From: Priapulus caudatus | Lineage: Eukaryota | Assembly: GCF_000485595.1 (NCBI RefSeq) | Contig: NW_014577078.1 | Location: 276,427 to 328,469, forward strand | Direction of reading: 5' to 3' | DNA length: 52,043 nucleotides | Shown here: positions 1 to 12,878 of the stretch, one piece after another | Numbering within the stretch: position 1 is the stretch's first letter | How the letters are laid out: every line of letters begins with the position of its first letter | The notes under the pieces: model-generated | Database searches by the model: none | The model's input: the letters and a program-made list of their open reading frames with translations, nothing else | Told to the model about the DNA's origin: nothing | Position numbers and translations under genes: made by a program

Positions 1-1326
1 ATATAATTGATGTTGATGCTATATCTCATTATCGGACATTAGTACAAAGACCCGCGACGGTAGACAGTATAGGGTATCCCTGTACATTAGTGGAGTAGCT
101 TGCCCATTCACTGCCGATGATATCCGACGTACTGCACAGCACCTTATCTAATATCCCCAATGCGGAGCAGCGAGCGTGTGAGAGAGTTTAGGACACACAA
201 TTTCAGCGAATGTCAGCATATCAATGAAAAGTTTTTGATTCTCAATAACATATATGCAACATCCCCGTATCATCTAACTTTGTTGTACTAACGCTCCCTG
301 TATATGTTCACTGTGCGATGATATTAGACAGCGTTAGGAGAGTAAATCCGTCCGCACCAGTAAAAATTAACACGTTCCACAGTACAATGCCCGCGGTTAA
401 TGGCCGTGGCAAGTTCATGGCAATGCCGCCTACCTGATTAGCGAACAAATTCTAAACACAAATCGCCGCATTTTTCTAACGTAGTGCGGAACTGTTAATT
501 TTTCACAAATGGAATATATGAGCTAATTATCGCTGTAAAACAGGATGACGTTCAACCAAAGACGCCGGAGACAACGCATTCCAAACTAAGAACGTAGTAT
601 CACATGATTTTATATATTGAAAACATTCAATTTTTATCTAAGAAAAGGTCCGACTTTTGATTAAAGTCGTTGTGAAATTAGTGTGTCCTACCTTCCACAC
701 CTTCGTGCCCTCGCCATTGGGGGAATTTAGATATAGGTGGCCTGTGAGCGTACCGTACGTACTATCGTAAATAGCTACGACTAGACGCTCACTGAGCTCC
801 GTGCCTCCACGCGCGTGGATCTCTGTGCCAAACTAGCTCCGTGGCGCTACCTTTGTGTAAATATTCATGTACTATACGTCCTATTTTGGAGAACTTCTTT
901 TCATGATGAATGCAGATGGGCGATTAACTGTTATATGTCCGGTAAAGTGTAGACGCGAATAACTGCTCTGTCCCATAAACCATTTTATTTTTGTGAGGGT
1001 TATTTGGTACATAAATGTAATCGCATCCAAAATGTAATAAAGGTTATTATGCGGACAGAAATTATCTCGTCTTAGGTAAAGTGGTGATATTCTATCGAAA
1101 ATATTTCTTCAGTTCTCTTCTGGGCTTGTCATGTAAATAAAAAAAGCGATACATCTGAATATGAATCGGTGATGAACTATTGCGGTAGTCGGGAAAACAT
1201 TCGGGCAATAAGGTCAAATATCGGCAGCATAGAAGTATCGGTCAGTGTGCCAAAATATCCACACCATTACTTTGAAAATATGTGTGTTTGAGTAAACATT
1301 TTTGAACAACACTATTTTCCTTGCAG

Positions 1327-1675
1327 AGCTGCACCCAGCGATATCGCTGGTCGTCAAATGAGACGGTTGACGAGGAAGTATTCGCATTTGATGGCAACTG
1401 CAACGGACATGCTCACGTCATTTGGCAGCAACCCTGTTGTCCCGCAGCGGATTGGAGGCAGTGATACCCCCCGGACACTGCCGCAAAATTCCTCACATAG
1501 CACAATGGCATGTCGGACATCAACATGCTCCTGATGTAGAAATTGTGGATGTGCAGGAGGCATTCTCGCGAGAGCCCTAACATTGCAAATCATGGAATGA
1601 AAGGGCGTTTTAGATTTCGCTGAAGGAGAAGAGCTACGGCATAAGTGGAGTCGTCGCGAGAACCACACTCCGCAA
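1327..1675 (+). other. Possible noisy internal exon of an unidentified gene (3' part of a gene entering from the left edge)
   Basis: Polypyrimidine acceptor ttttccttgcag ends at 1326 and a donor-like cgcaa|gtaac lies at ~1675. The sequence between is GC-richer and protein-like in shifting frames (SCTQRYRWSSNETVDEEVFAFDGNCNGHAHVIW / LEAVIPPGHCRKIPHIAQWHVGHQ). No family recognised. Confidence 0.3.
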
Positions 1676-3355
1676 GTAACGCTCTATTTGCGTAAGTCTT
1701 TTTCGGTTAGCATGGAAAACCACGATTGTACAATTACTTACCAAAATCTGCAATCATTGCGCTAATATAGTAATTGTTTTGTTTTTTATAGCACAAGACC
1801 TATTACACTTCTGGGAAGTAGGATTAAGAAATTATGCTAGAGTGTGCGCGATATTACGCGGTGTTATCTTGACAGCGCTGTACGTGCGCCGTGGTTATCC
1901 GGTATTTTAGCATATTTTTAGCGAACAAATGACATGAATCAATTTCATTCTTTCCTGCACAGCCTTTAGTAAATAGATTCTATGTCGCTTTCGGGTCATT
2001 TCCCAAATCTCAACAGTTCGTTATTGTTAATTTTCAATATCAAAACGTGATAATCTTGCGCCGCCTTGGTTATCGTGTTCGGCCATGTGCCGTAACAGTA
2101 TCAGCTATTGCAACCTTCTGTACTGCGTATCATCATTTATGCTATGGAGGCAAATTCCTATCTCGTCGCCAACATATACTTGTTTAATGTATATTGTAGC
2201 TACAAGAATTTTGCAATAGAACAGTTAGTTTCTGTCTTCTTTATCGTTCTTCTATATTTAAAATTGTTTCATTAATATTCTTCGTTATGTTTTTATTATT
2301 CATTTTTTCCCCTCCTCATTGTTGTGGCTTGCTGAAACTGGTTCGCATTTCCAGCCAAAAACGACATTTAACTTTAATATCTCGATAGTGCTATATTATT
2401 TGTTGGTGATACAGTTATCAAAGCGGTAGGAATTCTAACAATCCATTGGCTGTTTTCCAGGGAGCGTGAGTGAGCCCACAGATCACGCCACGCAACTGCA
2501 TGATCTCGGGCACTGTCAGTCGTAGGAACCTGGCCAAAAAGATAAACACTGCTGCTTGGTATCAATCTCAATATTCTTTCTGACTCAATCATCCAGCTAT
2601 AGCTTTAGCAGCATAGGTTGGTTATTGCATTTTTACGGTGTAAACTGCCATCTAATATTGAAAGTCGATAGTTGATTTTGGTTTGGAGCTTTTGTTGAGA
2701 ACAACCCTAAGCAATATCTTGCCAGATCTGTGCATACTATTGTTGTAAATCGATTGTAATTTCGATATTTCGATCAAATCGTTGGCACCGAAGAACGCAT
2801 GATCGCGTTACAATCGGTTTTACTCCGGGGTGTTTGAATGTGCCTGCGTGTGCGTAAACGTCGTGTTGTGCATGTAGTGTGCGTTTAGCTGTTTACTGTT
2901 TGTTTTGCACGTGTCTTACTACTGTGTATAAACTATAATAATATGTACGCATTCGTCTGAAAGTTTTCTATGTTCAAAAATTTTTCATTTTTTTTGGATG
3001 CAAATCGATTAATCGAATTTGATAACCAAGCGCTTGGTTCGAGCCACTGTTTAACCGATGAATCGAGTATAAATCGATGATCGCGACAATCACTACATGT
3101 ACATATGAGTATCAAACAATAAGCTTCATTGTATCGTTTGCTATTTGATCACTCCAGGCTGCCAACGTAAGCGAGTGTGCCGTGTACGGCTTGGATGGCA
3201 TTAAGCCCATCAAAGAATGCACTTCTTGCGCTACTCGTCAATTGAAGTTGCAATGGCGTGGAGAGAGCTCTGATTAGCAATACGTAAATTCGGCTACGGT
3301 AAACATCAAACGCTAATTTCCTCCAGGTACTAGACTAGCAAATACTTTTGTGTCC

Positions 3356-3720
3356 ATGCATAATCACACTACCTTATGAACAAAAATAAAACTGTTACTC
3401 ATATTTAACCTGCCGTTGGCTTATGAAGGCTATCGAGAAATACCTACAATGTTGTTCAAATATCTCGATGTTGCTTGCAGCTTTTCTCGTTGCTCTGCAA
3501 GGAACAGTGCAGCGGGAGTAGCAAAGATAAAAGCCGTGAACGTTCGCGTAAACGATTCCAGGCGAGATTGCAGATGCTTGGCGCAAAACAATTCGGGCTC
3601 TTGCTGCCAGATTACCTATTTCGCACGTCCTTTTGTGGTTTTTAAAACAAACTCGCACGTGAAAATGGGGAGAAACTATGAGTTCATTTTGCTATAGGTA
3701 GTTGTGTGATTATTGCATAC
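3356..3720. mobile_element. Putative MITE bounded by ~35-40-bp inverted repeats
   Basis: Left end atgcataatcacactaccttatgaacaaaa (3356-) is the reverse complement of ttttgctataaggtagtgtgattatgcat, the core of the repeat unit starting at ~3680. Confidence 0.5.
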
Positions 3721-4235
3721 TCACTATAATGAGAGAAACTAGAGATTCCATTTTGCTTAGACGTAGTGTGATTATGTCATATACTACACTATAATGCGGT
3801 AGAAACTTAAGGTATTTTGCTATAAGTAGTGTGATATGCAATAACTACACTATCAATGGGAGAAACTATGAGTTCATTTTGCTATAAGGTAGTGTGATTA
3901 TGATAACTACACTATAATGGCGAAAAACTAGTTCATTTTGCTATATCAGGTAGATGTGATTATGCATAAACTACACTATAATGAGATAACTATTGAGTTC
4001 ATTTTGCTATAAGGTAGTGTGATGTATGCATAAGCTACACTATAATGGGAGAAACCTAAGTTCATCATTTCTATAAGGTAGATGTGATTATGCATAACAC
4101 CTATAAGTGGGAGAACTTAGGAGTTCATTGCTATAAGTAGTGTGATTATGCGCATACACTTAACTTATAATGGGAGAAACTAAGATCATTTTGCCTATAG
4201 TTAGTGTGAATTATGCAAACTACAACGTATAAATG
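3665..4235. repeat. ~62-bp minisatellite, about 9 copies
   Basis: Unit gggagaaactatgagttcattttgctataaggtagtgtgattatgcataactacactataat recurs near 3668, 3730, 3796, 3858, 3919, 3981, 4047, 4108 and 4172 with scattered indels and no unique spacers. Confidence 0.92.
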
Positions 4236-7039
4236 AAGCTTCTGCCAGCAGTTACATTCTTACGAGTGCGGTGTCATGCTGGTCCTGGCTGAGCGCCCAT
4301 GCCTGTCCGCGCCGTGCAGATATCTGCAGGCGTAATATCCCCTGCTGCCCTCCGAATTTTGCGCTCACGACGGTGCCCAGTGGCGTTTCGATCATTACTC
4401 GATTTACGTAGCCAGCCAACGTGGCCCGCAACCCATTTATAGATGAGATGGATTCATTATTTAATCGGCTACTTAAAGAACCGTCAAGATTTCGTCCTCA
4501 CCGGATCGCATGAATTTGTGACCCAGCCTTCTGAGCTTTTGATGAATGCTATAACGGTCTTGGTCTGGGAATACGACACTGTCTTCGCCCCTCCGGACTT
4601 CTATCCGTGGGGCCCGAAGATGCCCCGCCGGCTTAATAGGCACTAATTACATTTTGTACAGGCACACGCGGCTGCGTCAGTGCATTGCGCGGGATAAGAA
4701 ATGCAATTATATTATTCGTCCTTATATTTGCTTTGTAAACTATTCATTTTACACCGAATATCATTTACCCTATTTATTTCTATGTCACGGAATTTTATTA
4801 GTGTTTTTTTTCCTCCGTGTTCGATTNNNNNNNNNNNNNNNNNNNNNNNNNCAGAGAGATTATTATAATGTACCGGTCCGCTTTCCTTCACCACCCTACG
4901 CGCTCACCCACTCAGCTCTTCAATCGTTGTTTTGAGCGCCACACACACCGCCGCAATTTTGTTCGTTGTTCTCTGTTTACCATAGCTATCCGTGTGAACT
5001 GTTCAGGGTGAGACTCAGGATCGGCAGAGCGGGAGAGGGGTGAACCGCGGGGTATGGGGCCGCCTCCAAAATATTAGAAAATTCTGATAGCAGGAGGAGG
5101 GCTGGAGGGGTGTGGAGGCACTTCTGAGTAATTACTGACCGCCCGCCCTTCACCCATGGCTGACCTACGACCAATTTCTCTTCTTTAGTAGAAGCATTCT
5201 TGACACCGCAGCGCGGCATGTGCCATTTCCTGTAACCGGCGTGCGGGCGGAACCCCGACCCCCGCACTGGGGCACCCTGTGGGCGACAGCAAAATTCTTT
5301 CTCTGGAATTGTGAAAAAAGCAGAACGGCAATTTGCGGTCACAAGGTATATCTTGAGCCAGAAAGAAACTGCATCAAGAGCTGGTTTAACGGGAGATCCA
5401 GTGTCCTCTGAGAACTGCGACAGTAGTTATGCTTAACACATTCTTACCACCCTACTTAGGATTGGACCGCACGCGCGTTACCATGCTGTGAGCGACGAAG
5501 GTTAAAACGTGACCAGTTTGTTCCGCGGCAGCCCTTTGTCGCATATGCGACTACTTAGGACGGGTAAGTTTCCTGGCATTGTCCGCCTCGTGAGGGGCCT
5601 CAGAGAACGCCTTCAGCACTTGACAGAAAGTCGATGTCATGCTGCGTTCTGACAGCTTTGTCGTCTTTGAATATCGCTGATCGCTGTCAAATCAGCCTTG
5701 TCATGAGATTCAGAATGCAATGGCGGCATGAGAGAGCTGGTGGACTCAAATAAGGTGTAGCACCTTCGAGGCTGGTGTATATATTTGTATATATTTGAAA
5801 TCTTGTATCCTGCAGTATATAACTGGGAAGACACTCGAACAAAGTATCAGGCAGTTCTTGATGAGCGAGCGCGCTGTACAACCTATTGACGACACTGGAG
5901 AGGTCATAAAAGAAGTCAACTACGCTGGTGCTGGAGTCCCATGAAGTGAGTATGGCGTGGACTTTCCGACTACCAAGCGAGCCCTCTTTGGCGACTCAAG
6001 AAGGAAGCGACAGAGAGATGACCGAAGGAAACGGTTTAAGGACAAGGATAAAAGCTAGCTTGAATAAAGTACATGTAATACCGCGAATGGATGGCAAAGC
6101 GCCTAGCCTGTCCTGAACCACCTTGGAGGGGCGTTGTTCTACGTACGGCGGTGTCTATTTATGAGACGGTCAGGCGGCCAAGACAGCGAATAGGAAACGG
6201 ATCTTTACGCATAAGAGTCGTCGCAAGTCCGGGAAGAGGGAAAAATTCAGGCTCTACCCCCCTGGAAATCAGCTGTCATGTGTGGGCCAAGATTGTTGGG
6301 TCGCGTACAGCGCGCCACAGAGCAGGTAGGCGAGAACGGGCACTGGGGTGATAAAGTCATTCGTGAGGAATGGCACGGGGAGAGATGCAGGTTTTGTGAC
6401 AACCGTTTGACAATCCATACTCGCGTTGGCGAGTGCATTCCGTAGAGGAGTGTGGGAGATACGAGCATTTTGTACGTCCCGCGGAGGAAAGTTGCCTGCT
6501 GGCAAAGTATTCTCGAGCCACTATGGCATCTGCGCACACACGAGATTGTAGCGCTATTATAGAATACCGCTACGTCACACGATCCTAGTACCTTGCATCG
6601 GCTACTGAGCTCACTGTCAGTCCTCTAATCTGCGTGCCCTGTACTGCTGCCCTAATACCCGACATGTAATATTTTTCTCGGACCCGGGGCGCGCGTGTTG
6701 GTGGATGTGGTGGCCGTCAAGTACACGGGGTTAGATTAGACCTCATCAGGAAATATAGGCGTGAATCCCGCAGACGTTTACCGTTTCCATATCCAGCTGA
6801 GGCGACAGCGGGTTCTTGCGGGTACGAGAATGAAAAATGACCACGCTCTCGGCCAAGTTGGGGTCGGGTCGTGTGCTGTTTGATAGGATCTGTCAACGCA
6901 ACCCCCTTCCGGCCCATGTTTGTCTTGGTGTAGTTTTAATAAGTTTTTTGGTTGACGTAGATCGGAAATGATGCCGCAGATGGTGCACTCTTTGCCGCCA
7001 GCCCCATGCCAACTTGACGCCCAACTGGTGCTGCCGTCG

Positions 7040-7830
7040 TTGCGTGGTGCGCGCGAACAGGCGTCGGTGTCCTTGTATGGTGGACGTGGGTGCGTGCGCA
7101 TTGCGAGCTGCTTGTGCGCACGTGGTGCTGCCGTGCGTGAAGTGTGCGGTGTGCGTGGCCGTGCCGTGTTCGTGCGTCTTGTGTGGCGTGTAAAGCGTCT
7201 GCGTACGGCTCTGTGTGTCGCGTGCCTTTATGTGTGCCGTGCCGTGTGCGCTTGCGGCGTGTTTCGTGCGTGTGCGTGCGCGGTGCTGTGTACGTGCGTC
7301 GTGGTGTGGTGTGTGTGTTGTTGTGTGTGTGTGGTGTGTTTGCGTGTGCGTGGCGGGCTGCGTAGCGTGCATGTGTGCTGCGTGGCCCTTATGTGTGCGG
7401 TGCGTCTGATGTGTGGCGAGTGCTTGGTTTGCGGTGTGTTGGGTGGGTGTGGCCTGTCGACGTGGGCCTGCGGTGCAGGGGGTGGGTGCAGTGCCGTGTG
7501 GTGGGATGCTGTACGTGTGTGTGTGGTTTTGCGCGAGCGTGATGCGCGCGCGCAGCCGTGTGCGCGATGATTGCGTGCTAACAGCGTGAGTGTTCGTTCG
7601 TCGCTGTGATGCGTGTGCGCGCGTGGCGAATATCATCGGCGTATGTGCGGTGGGCGGCTCTGTGGGTGGGTGCGGCAGGTGCGTGGTGAGCGGTGTGCGT
7701 CGGGCGTAGCTCTGCGTGAGGCAAGTCGCGTCATTTATGTGTGCTGCGTGCGTTCTGTAGTGATGCGCTGCGCCGTGCGCGGGCGGGTGCGTATGAAGCG
7801 TCTGAATGTGTGGTGTGCGTTAAAAGTGCG
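7040..7830. repeat. Degenerate (GT/GC)n low-complexity tract
   Basis: Almost entirely gtgt/gcgt repeats, which produce spurious Cys/Val-rich and His/Thr-rich ORFs. Confidence 0.85.
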
Positions 7831-9435
7831 TGAGTCATGTGGCAATCCAGCCAGCCCCCTCGAAATTTAGAGCAACAGGATTGAGAAATAAGCTTAAGCT
7901 AAATAATCGTAACTACCCCTAACGTTATTTTTTGGGTCACTGGAAACCAGGAGTAAGTGGAAGTGCTCCAGACACACACTATGGACGATGACGTCCGATC
8001 AAAGAGCTGCGCCCAACGAGCTCGAGATTCATCACCATTACAGCAGTTGAGTCATAAAATTTTGGAGGAGAGAGAGAGAGGGGTGGTCTAGATAAAACGG
8101 TCGCGCGGTCAAACAGTATTGCGCTGAAATGTGATAAATGCACCTATTTACAGACGTAATATTTAGTCATTGGATATACTAGCGAAGAACCATTTGGTTT
8201 CTCTGCCCGCTCTACTTTCTGTCACTACACCCTAATCACTTTTATGCATACGTATCAGGAGAAACTAAAGCTCATAATACAGATAAAAAAATACGTTTAA
8301 AAAATGTCCATTAGTGTAACATGTATTCGTATCAATAAGCCCACCATTTACTGGATAATTGAATAATTGTGTAGAGAAAAATTATGTTATTTTCATAGAA
8401 ATTCTCTTCCTTAATCCACTTCCCAAACCATGCCCTTTTGTTTTAAAAATACAAGAAAATACAAGAAATATTAACAGGCTTAAAAAAGAGCTGTTCCGTT
8501 CTACTGGATACTATCAAGTGAGAGCCTCCGAGAGAGACACCGGCAGTAAGAAAACGAGAGAGCACAAAGCTTAAAAGTCCGTGCACTGTCGAGGAAGTTG
8601 CAGAAAAGATTACGAAATAAAGGAGGTGAAGACAAGGTATGCAAACCTGCATGGCGCGATTGAACCTCCTTCGTACACTCGGGATGCTCTGAATTGAATT
8701 TGAATGATTAATTGATGTGAACTCCGTGAATTGAGGTGACGAGTAAAGAGCGTCATCTGGTCGTGGAGTGTTGGAAGGTCATGCCTGCCTGAATGTGTTG
8801 ATAATATGTGTTTTGAAAATTTTTCTTTGTTTTCTTACTCTCCGCGTACCCGGTATAGCCATATTTAGTCTTTACTAAAGAAGCTAAATCTAAACCAATG
8901 TACTCCTTCAAAAAATGCAAGTATTTTAAATTAGCAGTAAAGAGACAGTGGAGATTATATACTGCTTCTGTTCTTTTGGTTTATAGAAAAAAGAGAATAT
9001 CTGCCAATAACACAGTGTTGCTTGCATGGTATCAAGTTTTCTATGTTAAAAAATTATTACTGAGTCTAGAGCGTTAACGCAAGCAAGGTAAACATAAAGA
9101 CTTAATTTTCCATTTAAAAATTGTCATAAATCGTATAAAGAGACGTGGAGTTCGGAATAGGCGGAAAAGATGTTTTTAAACGGTAAAGAAGAATACGGCC
9201 CTATCAGGTTAGCTCACTGGGGTAGGACAAGTTCGTAGATAGTGAGAGTGTGATTCGCTGGGATAGTGAGATGCACAGTGAATTGAGGGTATTGTGGCGG
9301 GGCTAGCTCGAGAGTAGTTGTGTGCTGTATGTGTGCGAGGATGCGTTCGATCTGAATGCGAATCGAAGGTCCGAAAAGCATCGAAGTCGCATCGCATCGC
9401 GGAATGCGGAACCAGTGGGTTGGAGCGGCTGTTCA

Positions 9436-9652
9436 TGATGGCTTGGAGTTTTTGATGATGGGTTGTAACGTTGCAGAGACAGCAAGCGAAACAGTAGCAG
9501 GCCGAGAGTTGACCGGATGAAACTGGGTATCAGAGAGAGCATACCGAGAGGACTAGCGAGGGAATCGAGAGGAGAAGAGGAGCAAGAACGAACTGACCAG
9601 ACGTAGCGGAGAGAAGAAGTGGCTGTTGCGTACTTCTGTCAGCCTACTTCGG
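9436..9652 (+). CDS. TBCC: TBCC first coding exon (indel-ridden; boundaries approximate)
   Basis: Purine-rich stretch reading in pieces ...ERL..IERRREQERTDQT..EE...YF...F, like the charged N-terminal helix of TBCC. It is followed by a donor-like gg|gtaggtag at ~9653. The downstream TBCC exon has no start codon and needs an upstream exon. Confidence 0.5.
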
Positions 9653-9730
9653 GTAGGTAGTACCGGTGTAGCGTACTGCCGCGTTGTTAAGTTGAGTCTT
9701 TATGGCCTGAGTGTAGTACCGAAGTGATTT

Positions 9731-10745
9731 GGGTGCCTAGTAATATTTTTATATTTACTGATGTGTGATTTTTAGGGCCCAATTGGCAGTAGCCTTCGCA
9801 TAGGACAAAACCTGTGCATCGTGCGTACAAAGATGCACGCAACGCTTGTTGCGACTATCTGTACGGCGGGTGCTTACAAGATATGAAAGAGTAAGAGAAA
9901 TACCGTAAAGCCGGTCGCTTAGTAGAGATCCGTTAACGCTACATTAGCAAACAGCTGTTGAAGATAGAGAAACGATGGGCCCACCTAAGTGTGATCAGCC
10001 GATTTCAATGTCATGTTTACATTCAATAGTAGAATATATGATGATGTGATAGTGAATAAGTAAGAGGTTAGGTTTTATGGTTAGGGTTGTGGGATGATTG
10101 TTACGGTTAGGCACATGCTGGTTTATTGAACCGTCGCATGTTCGCCTATCCTGTGGGCCAAAATCACTGTCATGCAGGTAAGTGTCTCCGCTCTGTGTAT
10201 CGACGTTGTAATTTAATAAGCACATCGACGGCAATCCCCGGAAAAATCACGCTAAATTTGCTTACACATCAAAACTGCAATTCTTTTGTCAATTGATAAC
10301 GCACACGACAACGTCCATCAGCGACTGATTTTCATTGGCCGGTGATGATAATTTCCGTTGTGCGGTTCAATGCAAGATGCGAGTTTTGTGTGTTATGCGA
10401 ATTTGTGTCCGGAAGTTGTTACTTGTCGTGATTGTTTTAATATATACAAGATTAAACTTATTAAAGATTGGAGGATATTACAGGCTGCATGACATAGTTT
10501 TCTATTCGTAGTAAGAATGCTTTGAATAACGCGATCGCCTTTAGTATTTGCTTTGATTTTCTTTATGTAAGGACGGGTCCGTCATATTAGTAGGAGAAGG
10601 TTGTCGTGTCATTTTGCACTCGACCGCCGTAAATAGTGAAAAGGTTGTCGTGCATTTTGCACGACAGGATTCACAGGTTTTGTCTATGGAAGGCTATTGG
10701 GCCCTAAAATAACATCAGAATATAAAAAATTTTAGGGCACAATTT
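9731..10745. mobile_element. Non-autonomous DNA transposon with long (>100 bp) terminal inverted repeats, in the TBCC intron
   Basis: Left end tttttatatttactgatgt...tttagggcccaat...agccttcgcataggacaaaacctgtg is the reverse complement of right end cacaggttttgtctatggaaggctattgggccctaaaataacatcagaatataaaaaa. The subterminal motif aaggttgtcgtg(t)cattttgcac occurs twice near the right end (~10598, ~10641). Confidence 0.7.
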
Positions 10746-11328
10746 ATTGGTCTACCCTATGTATAGCCCCACTATTCACAAGTTAACTTTTTCGTTTCTC
10801 ACTACATGGTGAGAAGGTCAAAAGTGTATGTAACGAGTCTAGCGACTGAACCTTATAGCTAGCAAAGCTTTGTAACAAAACGTACCAATACCTAAGTTCT
10901 GTCATCATATGTCACATGGCTGTATATGTTTTTACTGTTTAATCATTCTAGTATTTGCCTCATGTTTGCTGTATTTAGAAGTGCCTCTACTTTTATGCAA
11001 AACCACCTGCCCTCGTCGAGTTGTCTTTTAATCAGTTTTCTGCTATACTTTTCTTGCTATACTTTTGCTCTAAACAGTGAACAATAGCCGTTGGTCAGGC
11101 CTTTTAAAATGCAGAACGAATATTGTGACTTTCTCTGGGTGTTTTACTGGAAGAGGTTATTTGATGAAAGTGTACATTTGATTTAATAAATATTTGAACA
11201 TTTCCTTACATCCCTACAATTACTAACTGTACAGTAACAACATGTCTTGTCATGTGGACTCATGGTTATAGTTGCAGTGTTCCTATTATCGATGATGTAG
11301 TAATCTGTTTTTGTATTTTATGCTTCAG

Positions 11329-12173
11329 CTAACGAAAGGGCTATCATAGAAAAAAAGCTTGAAGACACCAACACCGTTCCAAATTCTCAACTAATTGATC
11401 ACTTTGACTCTCTTCTTCTATCATGGCAGAACCTGCAAAGATTTGTGTCACACTCCACTCTGTTTTTGTCTTCATATGAGGTGAGGTCAAGCATGGAAAT
11501 ATTAAACAGTTTACAAAAAAAGATTAAAATGAAACGTGATTCTGCCATACCAAAGAAAAAGTTTGCTTTTAAAGGACAAAAGAAATTTGATACAAGTGGA
11601 AATATCAAACCAGCAGAGTTAGTTGAGGGACAGTTGAAGAAAACTTCAATTCAGGATACTGCCTTTCAAGCAATGGATTGTGGCTTCAGCGACAGAATTG
11701 GGGAAACACTGCATGTGGATAATTCGGAAATCTTTGAGAAAGATGTCTCGCTTAGCAGACTCAAAGACTGCATTATGAAACTACATGGTTCCCCAAATAC
11801 TCTTCACATAGACAAGTTGCAAGGCTGCAAGGTATTCACAGGACCTGTGTTTACGTCAGTATTCATTGATAGCTGCAAGGATTGCACGTTTGTTATAGCC
11901 TGTCAGCAGTTGAGAATGCACACGACGTCAGATTGTGATATTTATCTACATGTCACTAGTCGTGCAATAGTAGAGGACAGTAAGGGGTTGCGTATAGCTC
12001 CGTACAACTATAGATATGATGGGCTCGATGAGGATTACAAGAAATCCAGATTAAACCGAGAAACAAATAATTGGGATGATCTTGATGATTTCAATTGGTT
12101 GGCTAGTGACAAACACTCACCTAACTGGAGTGTACTTTCTGACGAACAGAGGGTGAAAACGTGGGAGGTGTGA
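11329..12173 (+). CDS. TBCC: Tubulin-specific chaperone C (TBCC), terminal coding exon
   Basis: Acceptor ttttatgcttcag|ct at 11328, then an open frame NERAIIEKKL...LQRFVSHSTLFLSSYEVRSS...PKKKFAFK...VFTGPVFTSVFIDSCKDCTFVIACQQLRMHTTSDCDIYLHVTSRAIVEDS...RIAPYN...NNWDDLDDFNWLASDKHSPNW to TGA. These are diagnostic TBCC/C-CAP motifs. Confidence 0.96.
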
Positions 12174-12482
12174 TTGCTAACAAAATAGTTTGAATATTCT
12201 ATTGATAAATCTCTGTGATTGTTTTACCTGGTATAAAAATTTAATGAAGTTAATTACATGTATTGAAGGGCTTAAAATGTATGGAACGGATAGTTTACTA
12301 GTACTGCACAATGGTTAAATGTGCAAACTAGTTTTATTTGAATTATCATATATTGCATGCATTGTTTAGACAATTAAAATTAGCAATCTTAACATATAGC
12401 AATATATGGTGCGTATGGTTGTGCTAAGATGTATGCTAAGATGTGTATTAGTTTATCTATCATCATCAAGTTTTACAGTTGA

Positions 12483-12488
12483 AATAAA
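12483..12488 (+). promoter_or_regulatory. Candidate TBCC polyadenylation signal
   Basis: AATAAA about 310 bp after the TBCC stop, within an AT-rich 3' UTR. Confidence 0.45.
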
Positions 12489-12878
12489 TTAGATAACCAT
12501 TGTTTCAGAATGATCTTTTATTCAGTGCTCAACAACTGATGATGTCACAGGAATGTACACAAATATGAATACAGGGTATCTGTAAATATCGTAACATCCC
12601 CCTTTCTTTAACAAAAAAATACCTTATGCATGCAAAATGTTAGAACTAACAGCCTTAAAGATGCATTCCCTCAGACATTTTTGTGACAAACTACTGTAAA
12701 AACTTAAGTAAATAACTCGCTACACTTTAACTGAACGTTAGCTTTGAAAATAAAACTGTAAAAATATGTATCAAGCTTATATTCCCTCAACAAAAAACAA
12801 CTCGAAAAACGCGTTTCGCCGCAGTTCTGTATCATGGCAGCAAGAGACGACGCCGGTCACGTAACCAACACAGCTATG

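Noticed and set aside
3665..4235. CRISPR-like array with palindromic repeats
   Set aside because: Units are contiguous with no unique spacers, there are no cas genes, and the context is eukaryotic. It is a minisatellite.
4443..4646. ORF with WIHYLIGYLKNRQDFV resembling a LINE reverse-transcriptase segment
   Set aside because: Only a short resemblance, with no GVPQG or YADD motifs following.
6893..7870. 200-247 aa Cys/Val-rich and His/Thr-rich ORFs (also at 31429-31809, 39747-40229, 41731-42401)
   Set aside because: They are translations of degenerate GT/AC microsatellites.
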